Source of the DNA: Promethearchaeota archaeon
GTDB lineage: Archaea; Asgardarchaeota; Lokiarchaeia; Sigyniarchaeales; SOKP01
Assembly: GCA_048938005.1 (NCBI GenBank)
Contig: JBHLMQ010000003.1
Span: 32,001 to 96,000 of the forward strand
Direction: 5' to 3'
DNA length: 64,000 bases
The translations under genes and the position numbers were made by a program. Positions 50,543-59,893 of the stretch are shown piece by piece (positions within the stretch are counted from its first letter, which is position 1; every line of letters starts with the position of its first letter). A model generated the notes under the pieces. That model saw nothing but the letters and a program-made list of their open reading frames with translations, had not been told where the DNA came from and did not search any database.

Positions 50543-50570
50543 TAAATTTCTATACCAATATCTTTATTGA

Positions 50571-51215
50571 TTAGAAATTCTTTGCAACCCAATCTTCAAA
50601 TTTGATTTTTCTAAGCTGTTCTGCCCATAATGCTTTTAAATTAGGTTTTTTAGGGAGTAAATCCTCTTCCTTAAGATTGCTATATAATTTGTCAATCGCT
50701 TTTTCTATTAAGATCTCGTATAAGGGAGTTTTTCTATCAAGCTCTCTAAATTTCTCTTGAACTTCTTTTTTTAGTTGTTTAATAATAGTAATCCAATTTT
50801 CTGTATATTTCACTATATATTCTTCTAGTCTTTCGAATTCTTCAGTTGATAATATTGGTATTGTTAATTGATATTTCTGATTTATTAATTTAATTAAAGC
50901 ATACCATTCTAAAGTCATAAGATGGTTATTAACGGTTTCTTTAGTCCATTGGTAAGAAATTTGGCAATCATATTCTTCCTTTGTTATTAATAGTGGTTTT
51001 GGGGTAAAATTAACCTTTTCATAGATTTCTTGAAATGTTTTTGGACCTTTAGCAAGAACTGTTAATATTTCACGTCTTACTTTATTATCTAAAATCCATG
51101 GAATTTCGGGATCATCCCATGGTTTTGATGTGGCAAAATCAAACCAAGGTTGTATCTCATCTACATTTATTTTTCCTACAAAACGATAATTATGATATTT
51201 TGTATTTTCTTTCAA
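50571..51215 (-). CDS. ArsR-like winged-helix protein downstream of sufCB
   Basis: ILDNKVRREILTVLAKGPKTFQEI..TVNNHLMTLEWYALI. Confidence 0.65.
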   Translation of the reverse strand: MKENTKYHNYRFVGKINVDEIQPWFDFATSKPWDDPEIPWILDNKVRREILTVLAKGPKTFQEIYEKVNFTPKPLLITKEEYDCQISYQWTKETVNNHLMTLEWYALIKLINQKYQLTIPILSTEEFERLEEYIVKYTENWITIIKQLKKEVQEKFRELDRKTPLYEILIEKAIDKLYSNLKEEDLLPKKPNLKALWAEQLRKIKFEDWVAKNF

Positions 51216-51250
51216 TTAATTTCACCATTTCAATTTGAATTTTTTTTAAA

Positions 51251-52213
51251 TTATTCTTCTTGAAGCATAGCATCAATGAGAACTTGTGTTGCTTCCTCCT
51301 CATTTAATCCTTTAGCTTGTAGTTCATCAAGCCATTTTTGTGGGAATCTTCCTAAGGAAGCTTCATGTGAAACACTTGAAGTTGGATCTATTGCTCTTAT
51401 AAAAGGAGTTGCTCTACATATAGATCCTTTTCCAAGTACAATTTCATTGCATTCCACATGTCCATTACAATTTGGTGCATTTCCCTCAGTAATTCCATAC
51501 ATTAACACTTCTCCACCATCTCGGGCAGCAGCTTTCATTTTAATAATACTCCGAGCATTTTCTCCTTCAAGAAAAACTGAATCTCTAATTCTTACAGAAT
51601 CTTTTTTACTTTTTCCAAAAGCTCTAATATTTGATTTGATCACACTATTTTTCATAGCATAAATATCAATCATTATTTTTACTTTCCCAGGAGTTCCTCT
51701 TGTAAGATTAAAACTATTTTCAAAAATACTATTTTCGCCTACATACATATAACCAACTGGTGCAACTAAAGCTCCTGAATTTTCACCATGATAATGAGTT
51801 TCATTATAAGTAAAATTACAATTTTTACCAATATAGAAATGGCCAAACATTTTGTGAATTAATCCATTTGCTTTTGGAAAACTACAATGTGCTTGTACAG
51901 TCACTTCTGTATTATCTTCAGCAATAATTCGTGGAAAAATTTCTTGAACTCCCGTTTCTTTATTAACTCCAAAGCATAAATGAACAGGTTGTTCGATTTT
52001 CGTTCCTTGTTTAATTAAAATATCTGCTACAATTCCATTTTCAATCTCTCTACCTTTTAAAATGACACCTTCCACTTGTTCTAATCCACTAATTTTATTA
52101 AAATCTAATAAAAGTTTGGCACCTTTCCCATGTCCAGGTAAAAAATCCTTAATATCTATATTATAATCTTCAAGACTTTCCAATATTTCTTCTGGATATT
52201 CTGTTTTACTCAT
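51251..52213 (-). CDS. sufB: SufB/SufD-family Fe-S scaffold (SMS-type)
   Basis: PVHLCFG, AHCSFP, GHVECNEI, HEASLG. Confidence 0.9.
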   Translation of the reverse strand: MSKTEYPEEILESLEDYNIDIKDFLPGHGKGAKLLLDFNKISGLEQVEGVILKGREIENGIVADILIKQGTKIEQPVHLCFGVNKETGVQEIFPRIIAEDNTEVTVQAHCSFPKANGLIHKMFGHFYIGKNCNFTYNETHYHGENSGALVAPVGYMYVGENSIFENSFNLTRGTPGKVKIMIDIYAMKNSVIKSNIRAFGKSKKDSVRIRDSVFLEGENARSIIKMKAAARDGGEVLMYGITEGNAPNCNGHVECNEIVLGKGSICRATPFIRAIDPTSSVSHEASLGRFPQKWLDELQAKGLNEEEATQVLIDAMLQEE

Positions 52214-53007
52214 AGTCCTTGTTCCTCTCTAAAAATTTTATCTATATAATCCTCATCAAAACAGGCATGTTCTCCTGTGAATAATTTTCTTTTGCAAAAT
52301 TCTTTTAATCCTGCTTTAGCACAATATTTTAACATAACTTTTGGAAATTCATCTGTCAATATTGCATCACCCCTCCAAATCAGAGTTCCATAATCTGCCA
52401 CCATTCCGATATCTTCTCTATGTGTAATCAATAATATTGTCATATTTAACTCCTTAATTTTCTCGAAAATATTTAAGAAATCTTCAATTACAATGAAGTC
52501 TAAACCAGAATCGGGTTCATCTAACATAACCAATCTAGGTCTCATAGCAATAGTTGCTGCCAATTCTACTCTTTTTCTTTCACCACCACTTAAGGATTCA
52601 TCAATGGTTCTATTCATATATTTTTCAGGCTCTAAGTTTACAATTTTTAAAGCTTCTATAACTATTTCTTTAATCTTTACTTTATCCTTAATACCAAGAG
52701 AAATATACTTAAGAATTGATAAACCATCGATTCTAGCAGGTTCTTGCCATGCTAAAGTTATACCTAGCTTGGCACGTTCAGTTATATTCATATTAGTTAT
52801 ATCAATTCCATTAAAATATACCTTTCCTTCAGAAGGTTTATAATTATTTAACCCCATTATAGTGTATGCTAGTGTAGATTTACCACTTCCATTAGGGCCT
52901 ATAATTGCATGTATAGAGCCCTCCTTTACACCAAATGAGACCTTATTTATTATTACACACTTTTGATCTAATGTTGGAATAGTTAGATCTTTTACCTCCA
53001 AAATCAA
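52210..53007 (-). CDS. sufC: SufC-like ABC ATPase (SMS-type)
   Basis: GPNGSGKST, LAWQEP, LSGGERKR, LDEPDSGLD; C-terminal Cys residues. Confidence 0.92.
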   Translation of the reverse strand: MILEVKDLTIPTLDQKCVIINKVSFGVKEGSIHAIIGPNGSGKSTLAYTIMGLNNYKPSEGKVYFNGIDITNMNITERAKLGITLAWQEPARIDGLSILKYISLGIKDKVKIKEIVIEALKIVNLEPEKYMNRTIDESLSGGERKRVELAATIAMRPRLVMLDEPDSGLDFIVIEDFLNIFEKIKELNMTILLITHREDIGMVADYGTLIWRGDAILTDEFPKVMLKYCAKAGLKEFCKRKLFTGEHACFDEDYIDKIFREEQGL

Positions 53008-53258
53008 TTTGAATCACCAAATTTGTTCGACTAGAATTTTTTAAGAAATCTAAACTAAATTATTTAATTCTCTTTCTATTAAAAATTTAAATAATCTCTA
53101 ATTCTTTTTCATCAGGAAATATATAAAATTAAATCTATATATGAATTATATTAGTTAAACTAAAAAAGACCTTTAATATTATAATCATAGGTTTTATTAT
53201 ATATTTTAAAACAAAAAATCAAGAAGATGTGATTGTAAAAAAAAATAATTAAAATTGT

Positions 53259-54089
53259 GTGATTGCAATGGTAAAAAAAGAATATGTTTGCGAAAAATTA
53301 CTTGATCATTTCGATCAGGTATTTCAAGGTAAGAAAAGCAGTATAATTATAGAAGATTTTACTGATTTACGGGAAGGTGCTACATTAATTCTTGGTTTTG
53401 CAGGAATAGGTTTGATAGGACCAATTGTAGCTAATACTCTAATAGAACAATTACCTGATATAAAAGAGATAGGATTTGTAACAAGTGAATACCTCCCTCC
53501 TATAAGTGTTTTTTATGCTGGTGTGTTAAAACATCCTTTTAGAATTCTTTATTCACCCCAACATAACTTAATTATAGGAGTATGTGAAGTTCCTTTTCAA
53601 GTTTCTACAGCATATAATGATCTTGCTAAAACAATATGCAATTGGGCTTTATCTGAAGATATTAAGGCAAAAGAGATAGTAATCTTTCAAGGAATCCCCC
53701 AGAGAGGTATTATTGATGAATACCCTGTGTATTATGCGGCTGAGGAGAATATGATGAAATTTCTCGAGACATTTGAAATTAGTAAAGTTGAGAAAGGGAT
53801 AATAGTCGGTCCGGAAGCAACTGTTTTAAACGAAGCACTAACAAATAAATTAAATGCTTATGCATTATTTACCCCAGTATTAGAAATACCAACTCCTGAG
53901 GGTGCTGCTAGCATCTTAGAAATATTAAATAAAATTTATAAATTAAGTATTGATACAACTGCTCTTATTGAGCAAGGGAAAGAAATTAAAGCTAAAATGC
54001 TAGAGTTAGCTCAGAAAGCTTCGGAATATCAACAAAAACAAATTAGCGGACCTATTCCTGGAAAAGAATACACCGGCTATTTCCAGTAG
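53259..54089 (+). CDS. PAC2-family proteasome assembly chaperone (second paralogue)
   Basis: LGFAGIGLIGPIVA, HPFRILY, PEGAA, C-terminal GYFQ. Confidence 0.88.
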   Translation: MIAMVKKEYVCEKLLDHFDQVFQGKKSSIIIEDFTDLREGATLILGFAGIGLIGPIVANTLIEQLPDIKEIGFVTSEYLPPISVFYAGVLKHPFRILYSPQHNLIIGVCEVPFQVSTAYNDLAKTICNWALSEDIKAKEIVIFQGIPQRGIIDEYPVYYAAEENMMKFLETFEISKVEKGIIVGPEATVLNEALTNKLNAYALFTPVLEIPTPEGAASILEILNKIYKLSIDTTALIEQGKEIKAKMLELAQKASEYQQKQISGPIPGKEYTGYFQ

Positions 54090-54299
54090 TTTTACATTTC
54101 TACTTTTAAATTTTTTAAACAAAAATTTTATTAATTTTTTCTATTTTTAATTAAAATTATTAAAAATGAAGGATATTTGTAAATTTCTATACATTATTAT
54201 TGATAATTTATAAAAACCAATTTTAAAATTTTTCTTCATTTAAACAAATTAAATAAATAGAAGTAAAAATAATAGAATAAATATCTGAGGTAAATTCTT

Positions 54300-54740
54300 A
54301 TTAAAGAAAAATTCATTCCTGTTCAAATTGATCAAGAATTATGCGTAAGATGTGAACGTTGTTTACGAACCTGTAAAGACAAAGCCATTTATTTTGAGCA
54401 CGGAATTAGAAAAGTTGATTATGCTAAATGTAAAGCTTGTTTAAATTGTGTTCAAGTTTGTCCGAGAAATGCTATAGAAGTTACCTCTATAACAACACCA
54501 GAGCAAATTGTTAGTATAAAGATTGATCATGAGAAGTGTAGTTTGTGTGAAAAATGTCTTGATGAAAACGGAAAATTCTGCCCTAAAAATCTTTTTTATA
54601 AAGATATTGTGAAAAAAGTAGGAAGAGAAGAGGAAGGAATTAGATACAAATATAGAGAAATCGCAAAATGTCAGGGATGTTTAAAATGTGAATTATCTTG
54701 CCCAGAACGAGCTATTAAATCTGTGAAATTTGCAGTTTAA
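54300..54740 (+). CDS. Polyferredoxin with four Fe-S motifs; probable ATT start
   Basis: Frame open from the TAA at 54291: CVRCERCLRTC, CKACLNCVQVCP, CSLCEKC..CP, CQGCLKCELSCP; the ORF track gives only the 3' half. Confidence 0.88.
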   Translation: MKEKFIPVQIDQELCVRCERCLRTCKDKAIYFEHGIRKVDYAKCKACLNCVQVCPRNAIEVTSITTPEQIVSIKIDHEKCSLCEKCLDENGKFCPKNLFYKDIVKKVGREEEGIRYKYREIAKCQGCLKCELSCPERAIKSVKFAV

Positions 54741-54757
54741 ATTAATTCTATACATTC

Positions 54758-55309
54758 TTAGCTTTTCTCTTTAATTTTTTGAAGAATAAGAGTCTTAATC
54801 TGAGCAAAATCTGAAATTACAACTATCCCTTCCATTTGGTTTAATTTTTTAATATTTTCAATTTCAATATCTCTTATCTTTAGAACTAAGGGAGAACCAT
54901 CAGGTCGAGAAGTTACAATAGGTTTAGTATCTTGATCTGATGGAAAAATATAGACTATTTGTCCACCTTTAATAGCTTGGGCAACACAATTAGTTATTAG
55001 TGTATCCGCTATTCCTTGAACAATTTTGGCAACTGAATTAGCTGAAACTGGACAAACTAAAAAAAAATCGAATTTTCCTAATTGCAATGGTCCAGCATAA
55101 AAAGGAATATTAGGTGTTTTTTCTACTTTGACTTTTTCAACAGCTTCCGTAAGAGCTAGCCACTTTTTATACCATTTTACAACAGCAGCACCTTCCTTTG
55201 AAAGAATTACAGTTAAATCAATATTATATTTTTTCTGCAATTCTTTCATTAAATCAATTGATTCTTGAAGGACATAACCAGTTCCTGTTATACCCCAAAC
55301 AAGCTTCAT
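54758..55309 (-). CDS. Archaeal flavoprotein (AfpA family)
   Basis: VWGITGTG, PVSANSVAKIVQGIADTLITN, FPSD. Confidence 0.88.
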   Translation of the reverse strand: MKLVWGITGTGYVLQESIDLMKELQKKYNIDLTVILSKEGAAVVKWYKKWLALTEAVEKVKVEKTPNIPFYAGPLQLGKFDFFLVCPVSANSVAKIVQGIADTLITNCVAQAIKGGQIVYIFPSDQDTKPIVTSRPDGSPLVLKIRDIEIENIKKLNQMEGIVVISDFAQIKTLILQKIKEKS

Positions 55310-55319
55310 ATCCTTCTAA

Positions 55320-55832
55320 TCACCGTTCTTCTTCGTATAATCTTGGCAAAAATTCAGTAAAATGTCCTATTTCTTCGACATTATGCTTTCTCAAATGTTC
55401 AATGAATGAATTTGGGACTTGAGCACTTAAACGAAATGTTGATCGTAAGTGAGTTCCATTAGGAATTGAGCGATATTCATGTAATACCCAACTAATAGGC
55501 TTATCCTTATTATTTAAAACACTTGCTGCATTTTTATGGCTAAACTCCGCCTTTATAGGTATTGAGTCAGGATTTTCCCATCGAATTCTTAATGTTGTTG
55601 GTCTTCCTTCGATTGTTTCAACAATTCGATGTATTGCTCCTACATGACCCTTCACATTTGCAGGAGAGATTTCCCATTCAAATGATTTATGGTCTTTAGG
55701 ATGCCATAATCTATAGCGTTCTGAATTATCAATATGATCCCACCACCAATCAATCATTTCAGGAGAAACTCCAAATAATTCATGTTCCACGATTAGATCA
55801 ATCGCTTCATTATTTGATTTTTTGTTATTCAT
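55320..55832 (-). CDS. DAPG hydrolase (PhlG)-like protein
   Basis: VSPEMIDWWW..RYRLWHPKDH..HNVEEIGHF..FLPRLY. Confidence 0.8.
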   Translation of the reverse strand: MNNKKSNNEAIDLIVEHELFGVSPEMIDWWWDHIDNSERYRLWHPKDHKSFEWEISPANVKGHVGAIHRIVETIEGRPTTLRIRWENPDSIPIKAEFSHKNAASVLNNKDKPISWVLHEYRSIPNGTHLRSTFRLSAQVPNSFIEHLRKHNVEEIGHFTEFLPRLYEEER

Positions 55833-55984
55833 TTTTATATTTCAATTAGCGATTTTAGAAGTTTAAGTAGTTCTTAATTTATGAAAAATTAGCTTCATTT
55901 ATAAAATCTAATGAAAAGAATTAATAATTTAAGTATGATAAATATTTAATTAGGAAAATCTAAAATTCTTCATAATGATGAATT

Positions 55985-57217
55985 ATGAATGATTCAAAGT
56001 ATGTGTATCTAGATAATGCTGCTACAACTCCTATGGATCCTCGTGTAATCGAGGAAATTAACAAACATTTTAAAGAAAACTATGGAAATTCTATGAGTTT
56101 ACATTCTATTGGACAAAAGGCAGCTCAAGTATTAATGAAATCACGTGAAATGATAGCATCGTTAATCAATGCTGAAAGAGACGAAATTTTCTTTACTTCT
56201 TCTGGAACTGAGGCAGATAATATTGCTATACTTGGTGTTACTGCTAAAAATAAAAATCGTGGTAATCATATTATAACTTCTTCTATTGAACATCATGCTA
56301 TAGGTCATCCAAGTGAACAATTGGAAAAAAGAGGTTTTGAAGTTTCAGTTTTACCTGTTAATAAAGACGGATTAATTAATCTTGATGAGTTAGAAGAATC
56401 AATAACAAAGAAAACAATTCTCATTAGCATCATGTTTGCTAATAATGAAATTGGGACAATCCAACCTATCAAAGAAATCGGAGAAATCGCAAAAAAACAT
56501 GATATTATATTTCATACAGATGCAGTACAAGCTTTTGGTAAAATTCCAATAGATGTAAAAGAAATGAATATTGATCTTTTATCTGCATCAGCACACAAAT
56601 TATATGGACCTAAAGGAGTAGGCATGTTATATATAAGGAATAAAGGCGTAAGAGAAGGGTGGGGCAGATTTATTGAACCAATAATGTATGGTGGAGGTCA
56701 CGAAAGAGATATGAGACCTAGTACTGTGAATGTTCCTGGCATTGCTGGATTTGCTAAAGCTGTTGAGATAGCAAAAGAAGAAATGCAAAACGAGATGGAA
56801 AGGCATACTGAATTACGTGATAAAATTATAAAATGGGTAACAGAAAATATTGAGGACTCCTATCTTAATGGCCACCCAACCCAAAGGCTCCCTAATAATG
56901 TAAATTTAGGATTTAGATATATAGAAGGAGAATCTATTGTACTTGATTTGGATATGGAACGAATAGCAACTTCAACTGGATCTGCATGTTCATCAAAATC
57001 CCTGGATCCATCTCATGTGCTTTTAGCAATCGGACTAAAACCAGAAGAAGCACACGGGTCGCTGCGGGTTTCCTTAGGGCGATTTACCACAGAAGAAGAT
57101 GTAGATTATTTCTTACAGAAATTACCAGGTGTAATTGAGAGATTGAGAAAAATGTCCCCACTGAGCAAGGGAGTGAAATATATGTTTGATGAGAGTGCTA
57201 CAAATCATTATCATTAA
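55985..57217 (+). CDS. iscS: Cysteine desulfurase (IscS/NifS, group I)
   Basis: YLDNAATT, HTDAVQ, SAHKLYGPKG, STGSACSS. Confidence 0.96.
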   Translation: MNDSKYVYLDNAATTPMDPRVIEEINKHFKENYGNSMSLHSIGQKAAQVLMKSREMIASLINAERDEIFFTSSGTEADNIAILGVTAKNKNRGNHIITSSIEHHAIGHPSEQLEKRGFEVSVLPVNKDGLINLDELEESITKKTILISIMFANNEIGTIQPIKEIGEIAKKHDIIFHTDAVQAFGKIPIDVKEMNIDLLSASAHKLYGPKGVGMLYIRNKGVREGWGRFIEPIMYGGGHERDMRPSTVNVPGIAGFAKAVEIAKEEMQNEMERHTELRDKIIKWVTENIEDSYLNGHPTQRLPNNVNLGFRYIEGESIVLDLDMERIATSTGSACSSKSLDPSHVLLAIGLKPEEAHGSLRVSLGRFTTEEDVDYFLQKLPGVIERLRKMSPLSKGVKYMFDESATNHYH

Positions 57218-57751
57218 TATCTTTTGAAAAAAAATATTTTAAATAGAGATTTAATAATTATTACATCTGGGGGGTTCCATTTCTATTAAAGTATGAATAA
57301 AATTGAGATTAGTTTAACATTACTTCTTTTTTTATGATATATTTTTACAAACAAAACAATTTTCTGATAAAATTTTATCTTTTTTTTTAAATTAAAATGA
57401 AATGGATCCGTTAAACTAATAAAATTTATCTTAAAAAGAGAAATTTAAAATATACTCAAACTTATTAGAGATTCTTAAAAAATGTAGGATTTATATATTT
57501 AATAATTAATTTAACTCAGTTTTTTATTAAAATAAGTAACATCATTTTATATTTGGTTAAAAGCAAAAGGGATAAAGCTGTAAAAGTATTAATCATTGCT
57601 TTTAAATTTACTATAATACCAATTAACATTTTTTATTTTAATTATTGTTATTAAAATTAGAAATATTTAAATATTTGATAAGTTTTTTATCGTAATTGAA
57701 AATATATTATAATTTTAATCTAGTATAAATAAAAACAAATGGAGATACAAA

Positions 57752-57877
57752 ATGAAAGGTAAAAAGAAAGATGAAGAAGAAGATTGGGATGAAGATGAAG
57801 ATAGGGATGAAGATGAAGAGGAAGATTGGGATGAAGATGAAGAGGAAGATTGGGAAGATTATGATGAGAATTATTGA
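57752..57877 (+). CDS. 41-aa highly acidic Trp-repeat peptide (not in ORF track)
   Basis: MKGKKKDEEEDWDEDEDRDEDEEEDWDEDEEEDWEDYDENY*; GGAGA RBS upstream. Confidence 0.65.
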   Translation: MKGKKKDEEEDWDEDEDRDEDEEEDWDEDEEEDWEDYDENY

Positions 57878-58038
57878 ACCCGAATAAAAATATTGAGATT
57901 TTATACCTAATTTAGAAAATCTTTTTATTTTTTTATTAATCACTTCAAACCATAGAAAATTAAAAATAAATATTCAGACTTAATCATAGTAAAAAATCTT
58001 AAATAAACAAAAATAAACGAGAATTTTTAAACAAAAGA

Positions 58039-58698
58039 ATGAATGATCAAAAATATTTAGCGATTCTTATTTTAATCGGTGGAAAAAGTACTCGCTTTGG
58101 TATCGAGAAACCTATAATAGATTTTTATGGAAAACCGTTAATTTTACATCAATTAGATATCTTATCAAAAATTGATCATGACATCTATTTAGTTGCTCAT
58201 TCTGAAGAACAAATATTTGATTATCGAAAGCAGATAAACTTTCCAAAAGATATTAATTTTATTGTAGATGATAGAGATATTTTTGAACATCCCAAAATTC
58301 ATAAACCAATTTTAGGAATCTATTCTGGTTTTAAAGAACTGAATAAATTAGGTTTTGAAAAAGCATTTCTCTTATCCTGTGATATGCCACTTATTAATCC
58401 GGAAGTAATTAACTTAATGATCAATGAATCTCAAGGATTTGATTGCTGTATTCCAAGATGGAAGAATGATTTTTTAGAACTCTTTTTTGCAATTTATCCA
58501 GTTAAAAAAGGATTTCAAAAAGCTAAAGAGATATTAATTACTGAGAATTATGGATTAATTAATTTTATTGATAAGAATTGGAAAATAAATTATATCTCTG
58601 TAGAAAATTCTATTCAAAAATTAGATAAAAATTTAATAAGTTTAACTAATATTAATGGCCCAATAGACATTGCAAAATTATTAAAATTAAATCGTTAA
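58039..58698 (+). CDS. mobA: Molybdenum/tungsten cofactor guanylyltransferase
   Basis: LIGGKSTRFGIEK, LSCDMP, NINGPID. Confidence 0.88.
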   Translation: MNDQKYLAILILIGGKSTRFGIEKPIIDFYGKPLILHQLDILSKIDHDIYLVAHSEEQIFDYRKQINFPKDINFIVDDRDIFEHPKIHKPILGIYSGFKELNKLGFEKAFLLSCDMPLINPEVINLMINESQGFDCCIPRWKNDFLELFFAIYPVKKGFQKAKEILITENYGLINFIDKNWKINYISVENSIQKLDKNLISLTNINGPIDIAKLLKLNR

Positions 58699-58740
58699 AA
58701 ATTGAATTAGACACTCAAAAATCTTAACAATGGTAATAAA

Positions 58741-59151
58741 ATGAATTGGAATGAATTTAAATATTGTTTTTTAGAAAATAATATCTTTTATATAAAAAAC
58801 AATTTTAAAAAAAAGGGGAAAGAATATGGAATTGTAAAACTAAATGTAAAAAATATTAATGCCTTCGCAGAAAGTATAGATTTACAATCAGTAGCACCAT
58901 TAGTATCTCCAAAATTTAGTCAGAGAATAGAAACATTCTTATTACCTAGATTTGACGAAATAACTAGAATAATTTACGCAATAAAACCTCCTCCTGACGA
59001 ATTGGGAATTGAACTTTCAAAAGAAAACTTAAATGATATTCTTAAAGGTCTCACATTTCCTAGTGTTATTACTGGATTAAAAGAAAGAGGTTATTCTGTT
59101 GAAGAATTAAATACATCACTAAAAAAAGTCAAATTTCAAAAATTAAAATAA
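58741..59151 (+). CDS. Hypothetical protein
   Basis: 136-aa ORF following mobA. Confidence 0.6.
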   Translation: MNWNEFKYCFLENNIFYIKNNFKKKGKEYGIVKLNVKNINAFAESIDLQSVAPLVSPKFSQRIETFLLPRFDEITRIIYAIKPPPDELGIELSKENLNDILKGLTFPSVITGLKERGYSVEELNTSLKKVKFQKLK

Positions 59152-59219
59152 ATATTTTTTTTCAAAATACATTTTATTTTAAAATTTATAATCTTAGTTT
59201 AAAATTATTATAAAAAAAT

Positions 59220-59804
59220 ATCATATTCTTATTTTTTAAAGAAAATCCATTTTTCTCTTTAATCATAAGCCCTTCATTAATCTTTTTAGCACGCATTGCA
59301 GATGTAACATTAGCGACTTTAAGAATAGTATTCATTTCGCAGGGGAGACGTAGTTTAGTTCCTATAATAAGGTTTCTTGAAATCTTTATTTGGCTACTTG
59401 CAGTTGGACAAATTTTCAGAAATTAAACCAGTTTTCTATATTACGTCGCTTACGCAGGACGATTTGCTATGGGTACTTACATTGGATTAATAATTGAAAA
59501 TAAAATATCTTTAGGATTACTTAGTATTCATTTAATAATAAGAGATGACCTGGAAAAATTAATAAGAACATTAAAAGAAAATGGATATGGTCAAACTATA
59601 TTAACAGTAAAAGGAACAAAAGGCGATGTTAAATTAGTGGTTATGATTGTTAAACTAAATAATCAATTTAAAATACTTGAAATTATTAGAAAGATTAATC
59701 CTAATGCATTTATCTCAATTAAAAACGTTCAATCTGTAAAAAATGGTAATTTTTCTTTACCTCAAAAGACTCGATGGCATCTTTTAAGAAGAAGAAAGTC
59801 CTAG
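59220..59804 (+). pseudogene. DUF2179/DUF5698-type membrane protein with premature stop
   Basis: [54 protein letters not shown]: in-frame TAA at 59424-59426; no canonical start found upstream. Confidence 0.8.
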
Positions 59805-59893
59805 AATTAAAACTACGATATTTTAGAAATTATCTTCCGGACAAAATAAAAAAATCATAATTGTTATTTTACGTGACATATATCACAAATTAA

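Noticed and set aside
57707-57943. 78-aa minus-strand Ile/Phe/Pro-rich ORF
   Set aside because: It is the antisense mirror of the GAT/GAA repeat; the plus-strand acidic ORF has an RBS and is more plausible
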